Source: Cetorhinus maximus (lineage: Eukaryota). From it: a stretch of DNA of 64,000 bases. The position numbers and the translations under genes are program-made. The notes under the pieces were generated by a model that saw nothing but the letters and a program-made list of their open reading frames with translations, did no database searches and was not told the DNA's origin. Of this stretch, positions 23,875-37,060 are shown one piece after another; positions within the stretch are counted from its first letter, which is position 1; every line of letters begins with the position of its first letter. The stretch is taken from assembly GCF_964194155.1 (NCBI RefSeq), contig NC_135901.1, positions 21,948,001 through 22,012,000 of the forward strand, given 5' to 3'.

Positions 23875-26800
23875 AGAGGTAAGTGCGACAAGAGGACCCT
23901 GGGACAGGCGGTCAGCAGCACCCAGAGGAGAGTGTGAGAGGAGGGCCTTGGGTCAGGTAGTCAGCAGCACCAAGAGGATCTAGTCTAATTAGAGGATTTA
24001 GCATCTAGTCTACACTTATGGAGGAGTAAGGGTAAAATAAAAGCAAACGTCCATATTCTGTTTAGTTAAGGTATGACTGGGGAACTCAGTCCTGTGATTT
24101 GCACATGCTGTGCTATGTGGGAAATCCAAGATGCTTCTGGCAGTCTGGATGACCATGTGTACAGGAGATGCCTCCGACTGGAGCAACTCGAGCGCCAGGT
24201 TTTGGAGCTTGAGCAGCAGCTGGGGGCACTACGGTACATTCACGAGGCTGAGAGGTTCATGGATAGCACGTTTCAGGACGTGGTCACCCTGCAGCTTAAG
24301 GAAGTGCAAGCAGAGAGGGAATGGGTAACCACCAGACAGAAGAAGGGGACTGGGGAGGTAGTGAAGGAATCCCCCAAGTGCATATCACTCGCAAACCGTT
24401 TATTGGCCTTGGAAAATGGTGAGAGTGACGGTTCCTCTGTGGAGGCCAACCAGAGTTAACACCATGGCACAGTGGGTGGTCCAGCTGCTCGGTGGGTGGG
24501 GGTAGAGGAAGAAGTGTGGAAGGGTGACAGTGGTAGGGGATTCGTTACTGAGGGGAGTAGACAGGCGCTTCTGTGGCCATAGATGTGATTCCGGATGTGT
24601 GTTGCCTCCCGCGTGCCTGGGCCAACAATGTCACAGAACGGTTGCAGGGCATTCTGAAGGGGGAGGGTGAACAGCCAGAGGTCGTGGTCCATGTTTGGAC
24701 CAATGACATAGGAAGAAGTAGAAATGAGATCCTGCAAGCAGACATTCGGGAGCTAGGTAGGAAATTGAAAAGGACTTCAAAGGTAGTAATCACTGGATTA
24801 CTCCCGGTGCCACACAGTCGTGAGTATAGGAACAGGAGGATAAAGCAGATGAATATGTGGCTGCAGAGATGGTGCAGGAGGGATGGCTTTAGATTCCTGG
24901 GGCATTAGGACCATTTCTGGAGGAGGTTGGACCTGTACAAGTTGTATGGGTTACATCTGAACAGGAATGGGACCAACTTCCTCGCAGGGAGGTTTGCTAA
25001 TAATTTTGGGACAGATTAAAACTAAATTGGCAGGGGGATAGGATCCTGAAAAGTAGTTCTGAGGGAGAGAAGCTGAGATGGAATTGGAGGTTAAAACACT
25101 AGTAAGTGAGTCTGGAAGGCAGAGGAAACAGAGACTAGGTAAGAAAGAAGTGAGTTTAGCAAAGGTAAATGGAATATATTTTAATGAAAGGAGCCTGAGG
25201 AATTAGACAGATGTGCTGAGGGCACAGATAGGCACATGAGAGTGTGATATCATAGCTATGACCAAGACCTGGCTAAAAGAGGAGCAGGATTGGCAGCTCA
25301 ACATTCCTCGTTATAGGCTATTCAGACGAGATAGAGAGGAGGGGGGTCGCAATATTGATCAAGGAATCAATTATAGTAATGAGGAGGGATGATATCTTGG
25401 AAGGATCATCAAATGGGTCTATATGGGTAGAAGTAAAAAACACAAAAGGGGAAAATATGCTGTTGGGTGTGTACTATAGGCCCCCAAACAGTCAGGGAGA
25501 GATAGAAGATCAAATATGTAATCAAATTTCAGAGCAGTGTAAGAATAATAAGGCAATAATAGTGGGGGATTTTAACTACCCAAATATTAACTGGAATAGT
25601 TTTAGTGTGCAAGGTAGGAATGGGGGCAAAATTCTTAAATTGCATCCTGAAGAACTTTTTTATCCAGTGCGTAGAAACCCGACAAGGGAGGGGGCAGTTC
25701 TGTACCTAATATTAGGAAATGAGCCTAGGCAGGTGGAAGGCGTATCAGTAGGGGAGCATTTTGGAGATAGTGACCGTAACTCAGTTAGATTTAGGATAGT
25801 TATGGGAAAGGATAAGGTTGGGCCAGAAATAAAAGTTCTAAACTGGGGAAAGCTAATTTTACTATGATGAGATACGATTTGGCCCAAGTGGACTGGGAGC
25901 AGCTACTTGCAGATAAAACCTTGTCAGAGCAATGGGAGGCATTCAAGGAGGAAATAGCAAGAGTACAGGGCAAACATGTTCCCGTAAAGTCAAAGGGTGG
26001 GGGGCGGGGTGGTGGCAGGGGGGAAACCAAGTCTGGAGAACTTTGGATGACAAGGGACACAAAGGTTTGGATTAAGGTAAAAAGAGAAGTTAATGGCAGA
26101 TACTGAGGGCTCACATGGCAAAGTCCCTAGAGGAGTAGAAAAAGTGCAGAGGGGAACTTAAAAAAAAAAATTAGGAAAGCTAGGAGAGTGCATGAGAAAG
26201 CATTGGTGGGTAGAATAAAGGAAAGCAAAAGGGGTTTTTAAATGTATGAAGAGCAAGAGAATAACTCGGGAAAGAGAAGGGCCAATTAGGGACCATAGAG
26301 GTAATCTGTGTGTGAACCTGGAAGACATGGGTACAGTCCTCAATGAATACTTTGCATTGGCCTTCACAATGGAAAAGGACGACGCAGGTATAGACATCAA
26401 GATGGAGGACTGTGAAATATTAGAGGAAATTAACATAGAGAGAGAAGCGGTACTAGTGGGCTTCACGGCCTTAAAATGGATAAATCCACAGGCCCGGATG
26501 AGATGTATCCCAGGCAGTTGAGGGAGGCAAGGGCAGAGATATCAGGGGCGCTGGCAGTAATTTTCAAATTCGCTCTGGCCACAGGTGAGGTGCCAGAGGA
26601 CTGCTAATGTTGTCCCATTATTAAAAAAGGGAGGGAGGGATAGGCCAGGAACTTACAGGTAAGCCAGTGTAACCTCAGTGGTGAGGAAGTTACTGGAAAG
26701 AATTCTGAGGGATAGAATATATCTGCACTTGAGATACGGATTAATCAGGGATAGTCAGCATGGATTTGTTAAGGGAAGGTCGTGTTTGACAAATTTGATC

Positions 26801-27690
26801 GCATTTTTTGAGGAGGTAACCAGGAGTGTTGATGAGGGTAATGCATTTGATGTGGTCTACATGGATTTTAGCAAGGCTTTATATAAGGTCCCTCATGGCA
26901 GACTGGTCAAGAAAGTAAAAGCCCATGGGGTCCAAGGCAAAGTGGCAAGTTGGATCCAAAATTGGCTAAGAGGCAGGAAGCAGAGGGCGATGGTAGAGGG
27001 ATTCTGTGACTGGAAGTCTGGTTCCAGTGGAGTTCCGCAGGGCTCGGTGCTGGGGCCCTTGCTGTTTGTGGTGTATATAAATGATTTGGTCTTAAATGTA
27101 GGGAGTATGATCAAAAAGTTTGTGGATGACATGAAAATTGGTAGGGTGGTAAATAGTGAGGATAGCTGTAAACTGCAGGAGGACATTAATAGGCTGGTCA
27201 GGTGGGCAGAGCAGTGGCAAATGGGTTGAAAAGTGTTAGGTAATGCACATGAGAAGGGCTAACAAGGCAAGGGATTACACTATGAATGGTAGGCCCCTGG
27301 AAAATGCTGAAGATTAGAGGGACCTTGGTGTGCATATCCACAGATTTCTAAAGGTAGCAGAGCAGGGAGATAAGGTGTTTAAGAAGGCACATGGGATACT
27401 TGCTTTTATTAGCTGAGGCACATAATACAAGAGCAGGGAGGTTATGCAGGAACTGTATAAAACGCTGGTTAGGCCACAACTGGAGTACTGCATGCAGTTC
27501 TGGTCACCAGAGGAGATTTACCAGGGTGTTGCCTGGGCTGGAGGGGCTGAGCTATGGGGAAAGACTGGGGATGTTTTACTTGGCGCAACGAAGGTGGAGA
27601 GTGGACCTGATCGAGGTGTATAAGATTATGAGGGGCATAGATAGGGAGGATAGGAAGGCACTTTTTCCATTAATAGAGGGGTCAATAACC
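23875..27690 (+). mobile_element. CR1-clade LINE, near full length, degenerate
   Basis: ORF1 zinc finger/leucine zipper (24073), SGNH esterase-like region (VVVHVWTNDIG), AP endonuclease (GVYYRPP, IVGDFNYP, GDSD) and RT (SQHGF, YMDFSKA, GVPQGSVLGP, FVDD). Confidence 0.92.
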
Positions 27691-27756
27691 ATGTCTGGAA
27701 GCATCTAAGGATTGAGAAACATAATTAACATTTGAGCTCTGTACATTGACGCAGTG

Positions 27757-27795
27757 CAGTTCTGATGAAAAGTTAAAGACCTGAAATGCAAACTG
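27757..27795 (+). ncRNA. Hammerhead-like motif with canonical CUGAUGA core in an old Penelope tail
   Basis: CAGUU CUGAUGA ... GAAA UGCA AACUG. Stem II is degenerate. Confidence 0.45.
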
Positions 27796-27929
27796 TATTT
27801 CCCCTCTTTGGATGCTATCAGATTTGCAGAACATTCCAGAATTTTCTGTTTTTATTTCAGATTTACAGCATCTGCAGTATATTTTTTTCTTTACTGGGAG
27901 AGTGTTGAGAATCTGGAATTCATTACCAG

Positions 27930-28270
27930 AAAGGTTTGAAATCCTCTTCTGAGCTGGAAATTCATGAGTAAATTCACCCTCATGAATGGATTGTTCACCA
28001 GCTAAACGTGGAAATGGATTCATTCAGTTATTCCATTTACTGACACAGCAGCACAGTCACACCAGAGACCATTCAGATACTACACATGTGCAATGCGACT
28101 TATTCAGTTTTCCGACCTGTTCACATGCCAGCTTTAAAAGTTCAAAGGATTTGATCCACAATCGTTGCACTCTTACAGGCAAAACATGATTTAAATGTTC
28201 CATGTATGGGGAAATAAATCACTTGTTTACCCCCAGCTGTAAACTTTGAACTCCAGTGAGTTCACACTTA
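27930..28270 (+). pseudogene. Highly eroded zinc-finger remnant
   Basis: ggattcattcagttattccatttactgacacagcagcacagtcacacc encodes GFIQLFHLLTQQHSHT. Also FKSSKDL and gagttcacact. Confidence 0.5.
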
Positions 28271-28487
28271 ACTGTAGTGGTTTGTTCTGTTGTTAATGAC
28301 ACCCAGGATACAATTACGGTGGAGGGCCTCTTTGTTTACTGTATCTAATTAATTTTATAATTTTATAACTGGGCACTATGGCTCCATCGTAATCTGATCA
28401 CAAATCATAATTTTCTATTCAACAATGATGTGTTTCAATGGCGTGGCTCTTACCCAGCATCTGCGATGATACAGATGTGCCCTAATA

Positions 28488-29975
28488 AAAACAAAAAACT
28501 ACTGCGGATGCTGGAAATCCAAAACAAAAACAGAATTACCTGGAAAAGCTCAGCAGGTCTGGCAGCATCGGCGGAGAAGAAAAGAGTTGACGTTTCGAGT
28601 CCTTATGACCCTTCAGCAGAACTGAGTAAAGAAGCTCCACCCCTCCATCCTTTTCACATGGTCCATCTCTGACACTTCCCTTCCCTTCCTTGACCTCTCT
28701 GTCTCAATTTCTGGTGATAGACTGTCCACCAATATCCATTACAAGCCTACCGACTCCCACAGCTACCTTGACTACAACTCCTCACACCCCGCTTCCTGTA
28801 AGGACTCCATCCCATTCTCTCAGTTCTTTCACCTCTTTCGCATCTGTTCTGATTATGCTACCTTCAAAAACAGTTCCTCTGACATGTCCTCCTTCTTCCT
28901 TAACTGAGGTTTTCCACCCACGGTAGTTGACAGGGCCCTCAACCGTGTCCAGCCCATCTCCCGCGCATCCGCCCTCACGCCTTCTCCTCCCTCCCAGAAA
29001 CATGATAGGATCCCCCTTGTCCTCACTTATCACCCCACCAGCCTCCGCATTCAAAGGATCATCCTCCGCCATTTCCGCCAACTCCAGCATGATGCCACCA
29101 CCAAACACATCTTCCCTTCACCCCCCCCGGCGGCATTCCGTAGGGATCGTTCCCTCCGTGACACCCTGGTCCACTCCTCCATCACCCCCTATTCCTCAAC
29201 GCCCACCTACGGCACATTCCCATGCAAACGCAAAATATGCAACACCTGCCCCTTCACTTCCTCTCTCCTCACCATCCAAGGGCCCAAACACTCCTTTCAA
29301 GTGAAGCAGCATTTCATTTGCATTTCCCCCAACTTAGTCTACTGCATTTGTTGCTCCCAATGCGGTCTCCTCTACATTGGAGAGACCAAACGCAGACTGG
29401 GTGACTGCTTTGCAGAACACCTTCGGTCTGTCCGCAAACATGACCCAGACCTCCCTGTCGCTTGCCATTTTAACACTCCACCCTGCTCTCTTGCCCACAT
29501 GCCTGTCCTTGGCTTGCTGCATTGTTCCAGTGAAGCTCAACGCAAACTGGAGGAACAACACCTCATCTTCCGACTAAGCGCTTTACAGCCTTCCAGACTG
29601 AATATTGAGTTCCACAACTTTAGATCTTGAACTCCCTCCTCCATCCCCACCCCCTTTCCGTTTCTTCCCCCTCCCTTTTGTTTTTTCCAATAATTTATAT
29701 AAATTTTTCGTTTCCCTCCTATTTACATTATTCTTAAATGTATTCCTCCCATGGTTTATTTCACCCCACCCCCACTAGAGCTACCTTGCTTGTCCTGCTC
29801 TCCACTCTTAATTGGCATATTCTTTTAGACAATATCACCACCTTCAACACCTCTTTGTGCTTTTGTCTGTGACATCTTTTGGTTATCTCCTCCTATCACT
29901 GCTTGCTTGTCCCAACAACGCCCGCCACCCCCCCATTCTTCCCATCCCCACCCCCCTTAAACCAGCTTATATTTC
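28488..29975. mobile_element. Penelope element with inversion (tail on minus 28488-28630, body on plus 28631-29975)
   Basis: GIY-YIG ORF 29301-29630 is nearly identical to 492-821. The hammerhead and tail are inverted at the left end. Confidence 0.9.
28585..28623 (-). ncRNA. Minimal hammerhead ribozyme-like motif
   Basis: AGUU CUGCUGA AGGGUC AUAAG GACUC GAAA CGUC AACU, with a GUC cleavage triplet and ACGU palindrome. Confidence 0.7.
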
Positions 29976-31387
29976 TATAATGTGCAGCATGGCACATGCG
30001 CGGTCATCCCTGATCCCTGTCAGCAGGAGGAGAGAATATTGTGAATTTCTATCCTGGACTGACAGGGATGGATTTTGGAAACTCCTTTTACAGGGGAGGA
30101 TTTACACACAGCAAACTCAAACCAAGAGATATGTTTGTCTCTTCTGAATTTTTAATGTTGGACTGTCAGCGATGACTTTTTTTACAGGGCTAGAGAAGAG
30201 CAGGATTGCAGGCAAAAACTGAAACAAAGCATCACATCAAAACATGACAGCGTCGCTCGATTCATGCAAACTTGAATGTATGTGTATCTGTTTTATCTGT
30301 GGCCAAAGAGTCTAACATCTGTGTGGTTGGAAATACGGAAGAGCAAGGTTTGAAAATAAGGATGAGAACATTCAATTGGGATGCCACTGAACCGCCAGCC
30401 TACGTAGGTCAGAAAGGACAGGGTGATCGGTGAATGAGTCAAATTCAGTGCAGAGGACATAGGCAGCAGAGATTTGGATAAATTCAAGTTTACAAGTGGT
30501 TGAATGTGGGTGGCCAGCCTGGAGTGCATTAGAATAGTCAAGTCCAAAGCTAACAAAAGAATAAATGAGAGTTTCAGAAACAAATGAGGTGAAACAGGGA
30601 CAAGTCAAGCAATGTGACTGAGGTGGAAATGTGCATTCTTGGAGCTGGCACATGTGTGTGGTCAGAAGCTCAGCTGGGGATGAAATATGACACTAATGTT
30701 GTGGCCAGTCTGGTTCAGCCTCAGACAGTTGCCAGGGAGAGGGATGGTGTCGGTGGCTAGGGAGTGGAGTTTGTAGTGGGGACTGAAGACAATGGCTTTG
30801 GTATTCCCATTATTTACATAGAGAACATTTTTGTACATCCAGTACTGGATGTCAGACAAGTCAGAACAGTGTATAACTTGGAAGGGAACTTGTAGGTGAT
30901 GGTGTTCACATACACCTGCTACCCTGGTCCTTCTAGGTGGTGGAGGATGAGTTTTCAGGAGATTCTGTCAAAGTTCTGGTTGACTTGTAGATATATAAAA
31001 TCCCTCTCCTTTGCCACTTGCATATCCAGCTCTGTCTTTTTCCATAGAGGCCAGAGTCTTGTGTCGACCCAGACCGGGTGACAGGTTCCCTTCCCTGAAG
31101 GACATTAGTGAACCAGTTGGGTTTTTATGACAATCCAGCAGTTTTCATCCTAGGTCACTTTTTCCTTGTGCCGGCCGCACAAATTACAAGATTCATTCAG
31201 CTCCATTTCACAACCTGCCTTAGTGTTTTTGTGGGTTCTCTCTCCCTCCCTTTTTTCTTTTTTAAATTAATTTCACAGGGTATTAGAAGTGGAGGATTTG
31301 TAGTCGGAAAACTGAAACCAAACGTCACATCAGGATCTGACGGAGTCACTTAATTCATCACAACCTGCATCTCATTGGATTTTGAAC

Positions 31388-32001
31388 ATGGAAGGAAAAA
31401 GCCCCGTTCACAATGGGGAGAAACCATACACATGTTCTGTGTGTGGGCAAAGTTACAGGCGACCATCTGGCCTGTCAAAACACAAGCACATTCACATTGG
31501 GGAGAAACCGTGGAAATATGGACACTGTGGCAAAGGGTTCAGTTACAGGTTTGAGCTGGCAAATCATCAGTTCACACTGGGGAGAGGCTATTCACCTGCT
31601 CAGAGTGTGGGAAGGGATTTGCCCGTTCATCTGATCTTCTGACGCACCAGCGAGTTCACAATGAAGAGAGACCTTTTAAATGCCTGGACTGTGGTAAGTG
31701 TTTTAAAAGTTGTAGTGAACTAATGCGTCATCAACATATTCACACTGATGAGAGACCGTTCAGGTGCTCTCACTGCGGGACTTGGTTCAAGACATCATCT
31801 GACCTCACTGTTCATTGGCGTGTTCACATTGGGGAGAGGCCATTCACCTGCTATGCATGTGGGAAGGGATTCACGACCTCATCGAACCTGCTGGAACACC
31901 AGCGAGTTCACACTGGGGAGAGACCGTTCACCTGCTCCGTGTGTGGGAAGAGATTTGCGTGTTCATCCACCCTGCTGAAACACTGGCGAGTTCACAAGTA
32001 A
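31388..32001 (+). pseudogene. C2H2 zinc-finger pseudogene D (about 7 fingers, frameshift near 31570)
   Basis: [16 protein letters not shown] start. catcagttcac deletion shifts the frame. The downstream fingers end in HK-stop at 32001. Confidence 0.85.
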
Positions 32002-33504
32002 TTACAGTGATTGGATTTGCCTGTTTATCACATCCAGGACTGAACTATGTTAATTTGGGGCTGATGCTGCTGATGTTCATAAATATTAGCCCAGTTGCGG
32101 ATAAAAGTCACATCATTCAGCTTTGTGTTAAACAAACAAGGTGTTGAGTCTTTTTAATATCCCTAACACTAGTTATTTCCTTTTGAAGGGCTATCCCTCT
32201 CCCCTGCCTCCTCCATCCTCACCTCCAACAACAAGTGTGAGGAGCTCATGGAGCTTCTTTGTCACTAAGATTGAGACAATCCAATCAGCTGCCTCTGCTG
32301 CTTCCCTCTCTTCCACTTGCCCACCGGACCAAACTGCCTCTAAAGTCCACCCTTGCCCGAGCCCTGAACTCTGATAGTTCTTTCGTTTCTCTCCCCTTAC
32401 ACTCTCTGAGGACGCAAATTGTCCATGAGACCCCTCTGGTGCTCTATCGACCATTTTGCCACTAAACTGCTGATCACCCAACGTGTTCATTGACTTTGTT
32501 AATGATTCTCTTCCTTCAGGCACTGCCACTTCATCAAATCCGCCATCATCACACCCTCCTCACTGAAAACAACTTTTCACCGTCCTTGCAAACCTTTGCC
32601 CCATCTGCAGCCTCCCTTTCTTTTGCACAGTCTTGAAATGTGTTGTCACCACCCAAATCCTGCCCATCATTTCGGAACGTCATGTTTGAATCCCTCCAAT
32701 AAGATTCTGACCTTGCTGCAATATCGAAACAGGTCTTCCCAAAGTTCCAAATGACATCCTATTTCATTAAGGAAATAAAGGTAAACTATCTCTCATCATT
32801 CCTCTTGACCAGCCTTCAGAGTTTGATATGGTTGGCCAAACCATTCTCCTCCAATGCCTTTCCACCGTTCCCCAGCTGATTGTGTCTTCACACTCTGGTT
32901 CCTTTCTTATCTATCGAATTGTCGGCAGAAAATCACCCTTCCAGGGTAATCTAAGGTAGACTGGGCATTTTTCAGAGTTGAAAGTGACGCCCTAAAGCCT
33001 GTTCATGAGTTTGCATGATATACAGCGTGAAATGATCTGATCAGGGTAGCCTTTATCCTGTAGGATGTCTATGATGCGCCTGATTTCAGCATCAGGCTTG
33101 GTGAGCAAATGGCTCGAGTCCGATTTACAATGTTGCTGATAAGACCAATCTTATAGCATCAGGGACTGTAAGAATCCCAATGTGTACATTGATCAGTGAA
33201 GGTAGGCTTGTAGTAGACCTGCAAACAATGTTTTCCCCTTACATTAGTATTCTTACAAAATTTATTAGAGTTCTTTGAGGGCTTAACAAACAGAGTGCAT
33301 AAACGGGAACCAGTTTATGTGATGTTTCTGGATTTCCAAAACAAAACATTCAATAAGGTGCACATAAAAGGTTACTGCACCTGATGAAACTTATAGTTTT
33401 GATCATGGAGGGGAGGGTGGTGGGAGGCAGTGTTGGGCGGGGTGGGGTGGGCTGATACATTAGTACAGACAGGGGATTCATTAATATCAGGAAACAGAGT
33501 CAGG

Positions 33505-34180
33505 ATTTTTTCTTTATTCAGTCACGGGATGTGGGCTTCGCTGGCTGGGCCAGCATTTATTGTCCACCCCTAATTGCCCTTGAGAAAGTGTGGTGAGCTG
33601 CCTTCTTGAACTGCTGCATTCCATGTGGTACAGAAACATCCACGGTGCTGTTAGGAAGGGAATTCCAGGATTTTGACTCAGCGACAGTGAAGGAATGACA
33701 ATAAATTTCCCAAGTCAGGATAGTTAGTGGCTTGCCGGGGAACTTCCAGCTGGAGGTGTTCCCCTGTGTCTGCTGCTCTTGTCCTTCTAGATGGTAGCAG
33801 TCGTGGGTTTGGAAAGTGCTGCCCAAGGAGCCTTGGTAAGTTCCTGCAGTGCATCTTGTAGATGGTATGCAATGCTGCTACTATGTGACGATGGTGGAGT
33901 GAATGTTTGTGGATGGGGTGCCAAACAAATGGGCTGTTTTGTCCTGGATGGTGTCAAGTTTCTTGAGTGGCGTGGGTGCTGCACTCATCCAGGCAAGTGG
34001 GGAGTGTTCCATTACACTCCTGCTTTGTGCTTTGCAGATGATGGACAGGCTTTGGGGAGTCAGGACGTCAGTTACTCACCGCAGGATTCCTAGCCTCTGA
34101 ACTGCTCTTGTAGCCACATTATTTATATGGCTCATCTGGTTCAATTTTTGGTCAATGGTAACCCCAGGATGTTGATAATG
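33505..34180 (-). mobile_element. LINE 3' fragment (clade not determined) nested in CR1 remnant
   Basis: Homologous to 53278-53940 (MEY.PL.WMSAAP...LD..QDKA) with the same tail. Confidence 0.7.
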
Positions 34181-35400
34181 GATCATTTTCAGGTTGGCAA
34201 ACTGTAACCAATGGAGTGCCACAGGGATCAATACTGGGACCTCAAATATTTACTATCTATATTAATGACTTGGATGAAGAGACTAATTGTATTGTGTCCA
34301 ACTTTGCTGACAATACAAAGAGATAGGAAAATAAGTTGTGAGAAGGACACAAAGAGTCTTCATAGGTTTATAGATAGGGCAAATATTGGGCAAAAAATGT
34401 CAGGTGGAGTAAAATGTGGGAAAAAGTGAACTTGTCCACTTTGGCAGGAAGAATATAAAAACAAAATATTGTTCAAATGGAGAGAGGCTGCAGAATGCTG
34501 CAATAGTGAGGGATCTTGTTGTCCTTGCACACGAATCACAAGTTAGCGTGTAGGTACAGCAAGTAATTAGAAAAGCAAATGGAATGCTGGCCTTTATTGC
34601 AAGGGGGTTGGAGTATAAAAGTAGGGATGTCTTCCTGGAACTGTACAAGGCATTGGTGAGACTGCACCTGGAGGTATTGTGTACAGTGTTGGTCTCCTTA
34701 CCCAAGTATGAATATACTTGCATTGGATGCAGTGAAGAGAAGGTTCGCTAGGCCGATTCCTGGGATGAAGAGGTTTTCTTATGTGAAAAGGTTGAGCAGG
34801 TTGAGCCTATATTCATTGGAGTTTGGAAGAATGAGAGGTGATCTCATTGAAACATATAAGGTTCTGAGGGGGCTTGACAGGGTAGATGCTGAGAGGATGT
34901 TTCCCCTCATGGGGGAATCTAGAACTGGCAGGGGAGGGGGGGTGAGTGGGAGGGACACAGTTTAAAAACAGGGTCAAAGCTAAAAGCAAAATACTGTGAA
35001 TGCTGGAAATCTGAAATAATATGGTCTCGAAACATTAGCTCTGTTTCTCTCTCTACAGATGTTGCCAGACCTGCTGAGTTTTTCCAGCATTTTCTGTTTT
35101 TGCATTAAAAGTAGGGTCTCCCATTTCTGAATGAGATGAGGAGGAGTTTTTTTCTCTCAGAGGGTTGGTTGTCTTTGGAATTCTCTTCCATAAAGAGAGG
35201 TGGAGACTGGGTCATTAAATATATTCAAGGCTGTGTTAGACAGATTTTTGAACAACAAGGGAGTCAAAGGGTTATGATAGCAGAGAGGAAGTTTACGCCA
35301 CAATCAGATCATCCATGATCTTATTGAAGAATGAAACATGCCCGATGGGCTGAATGGCCTACTCCTTCTTCTATTAAATATGATCTTACGAATTAAACAT
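34180..35400 (+). mobile_element. CR1 LINE 3' part, degenerate, with short Penelope insert at 34981-35102
   Basis: GVPQGS.LGP and RMRGDLIETYK motifs, and the CR1 3' end ggctgaatggcctactcct. Confidence 0.8.
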
Positions 35401-36044
35401 ATAGAAGTTTAGCCTGTGCCTAAGAATTCCCAATTTTATTGAAGTGCTGGCATAAGTGAAATAAATGGTCTGGAATATCCATGAGAATTTGATCCTTACA
35501 GTTACTCACAGAAAGGATTCACTCGGTCATCTGGCCTGCTGAGACACCAGTTCCCATGTGACTACAGGGGTTGCTTCTGCTGTCGTTGCTGCTGTGTGGG
35601 ACTCTCCATTCCCCACTAATTCCCACTCACTGTTTTAGTGGTTCATGGTGGAAGGTTCATGTACTTGATTTTTGTTTTGAAACTAATTTCAGACTTTACT
35701 GATTAGCTCTCCAAGCCACCACAGCAAATAATATAATTAAAAATAGTATTTTAACCAGAATATAAAGATTAATCACCCAGCACATGAATTGAAATGATGA
35801 TGCTGGGATTAAGATCCCCATTATCTACCAGTTGAACAACACAGGCTGTGTAAAATCTCCCTCCACAAAACCTTAACACACTGGATCTGGGCATCAATCT
35901 CATATCAAATCTCATTGAGATTATGATCCCGCCAATCTGGGAAGAATTGTTTCTTGAAAATTATGTTTTTTGATGTGCTACAGTGGAATTCCCATTATAA
36001 TACCAGTTGGTCATATTACTGGCAACATATACATATCGCAGTTT

Positions 36045-36422
36045 TTTTAAATATTCGTTCATGGGGTGTGGGCATCACCAGCTGGGCCAGCATTTATTGC
36101 CCATCCCTAATTGCCCTTGAGAACTGAATGTCTTGCTAGGCCATTTCAGAGGGCATTTAATAGTCAACCACATTATTGTGGGTCTGAAGTCACATGTAGG
36201 CCAGACGAGGTAAGGATGGCAGATTTCCCCTTAAAAGGACATTTGTGAACCAGATGGATTTTTACAACACCCGACAATGGTTTCATGATCATCATTAGAC
36301 TTTTAATTCCAGATTTTTCACTGAATTCAAATTTCGCCATCTGCCATGGTGGGATTCGAGAATTACCCTGGGCATCTGAAGTACAAGTCCAGTGTTAATA
36401 CCACTACACCACCGCCTTCCTA
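36045..36422 (-). mobile_element. tRNA-derived SINE
   Basis: Reverse complement has A/B-box-like ggtggtgtagtgg...tcgaatccc. The 3' tail is shared with the LINE at 33505 and 53278. Confidence 0.7.
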
Positions 36423-36540
36423 CCATTGAATTTTAACACTGGAATTCCCATGGGAAATGCATATCTTGCAGCTTCCAATGCAGTGTGTGAAAGAGCACAG
36501 CCTTCGATCGATCCAAACTCTGCTGGGACCAGTACGCTTG

Positions 36541-36645
36541 CGGGGGGAGGAGGGGGAGAGGGAGGGGGGGGAGGGGAAGAGGGAGGGGGGGGAGGGGGAG
36601 AGGGAGGGAGGGGGAGGGAGGAGGAGTGGGGTGGGGGGAGGGGGG
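36541..36645 (+). repeat. Polypurine G-rich tract (GGGA/GGGG runs)
   Basis: About 100 bp almost entirely of G and A. Confidence 0.9.
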
Positions 36646-36651
36646 AACAAA

Positions 36652-36780
36652 AAAGATAAAAACAAAAAACTGCGGATGCTGGAAATCGAAAACAAAAACA
36701 GAGGACTCGAAACGTCAACTTTGCTCTTCTCCGCCGATGCTGCCAGACCTGCTGAGTTTTTCCAGGTAATTCTGTTTTTG
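36652..36780. mobile_element. Short inverted Penelope tail insertion
   Basis: Minus-strand tail at 36652-36702 joined to a plus-strand half-hammerhead piece at 36701-36780. Confidence 0.8.
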
Positions 36781-37060
36781 CGATTGCGGAAAAGCTTGTT
36801 TGTTGCTCGGCAGCTGGTAAGAGGCTGCAACGGGGAATGGGGGGGGGAATCCGGCGGGTGGGCTGGTAGGGTTCATTAACACCCGATGTCGGGTCCAAAA
36901 TCCGAATAAAAACCTCCAGGTCCCGCGTTTGCAGCTCGGAGGCTTTTACCCCGGGAACAGGCCTGGGTGAATGGCCGCCATTTTGTTTCAGTGGGGATGA
37001 ATGCGCAGGCGCGGCCATCTTGGTGTGGCAGAGTGGGCGGGGCTTCAGGATCCAGTGACT
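36781..37060 (+). promoter_or_regulatory. CpG-rich first exon/promoter of ZNF locus E
   Basis: Paralogous to 51140-51400. YY1-type ggccgccattttg and gcggccatctt, and NRF1-like tgcgcaggcgc. Confidence 0.65.

Noticed and set aside
24073-24908. ORFs 24073 and 24573 as host genes
   Set aside because: They are ORF1 zinc-finger/zipper and esterase parts of the CR1 element, directly upstream of its APE-RT.
36404-37018. 204-aa proline-rich ORF
   Set aside because: It is produced by the poly-C strand of the G-rich tract plus PLE tail sequence.
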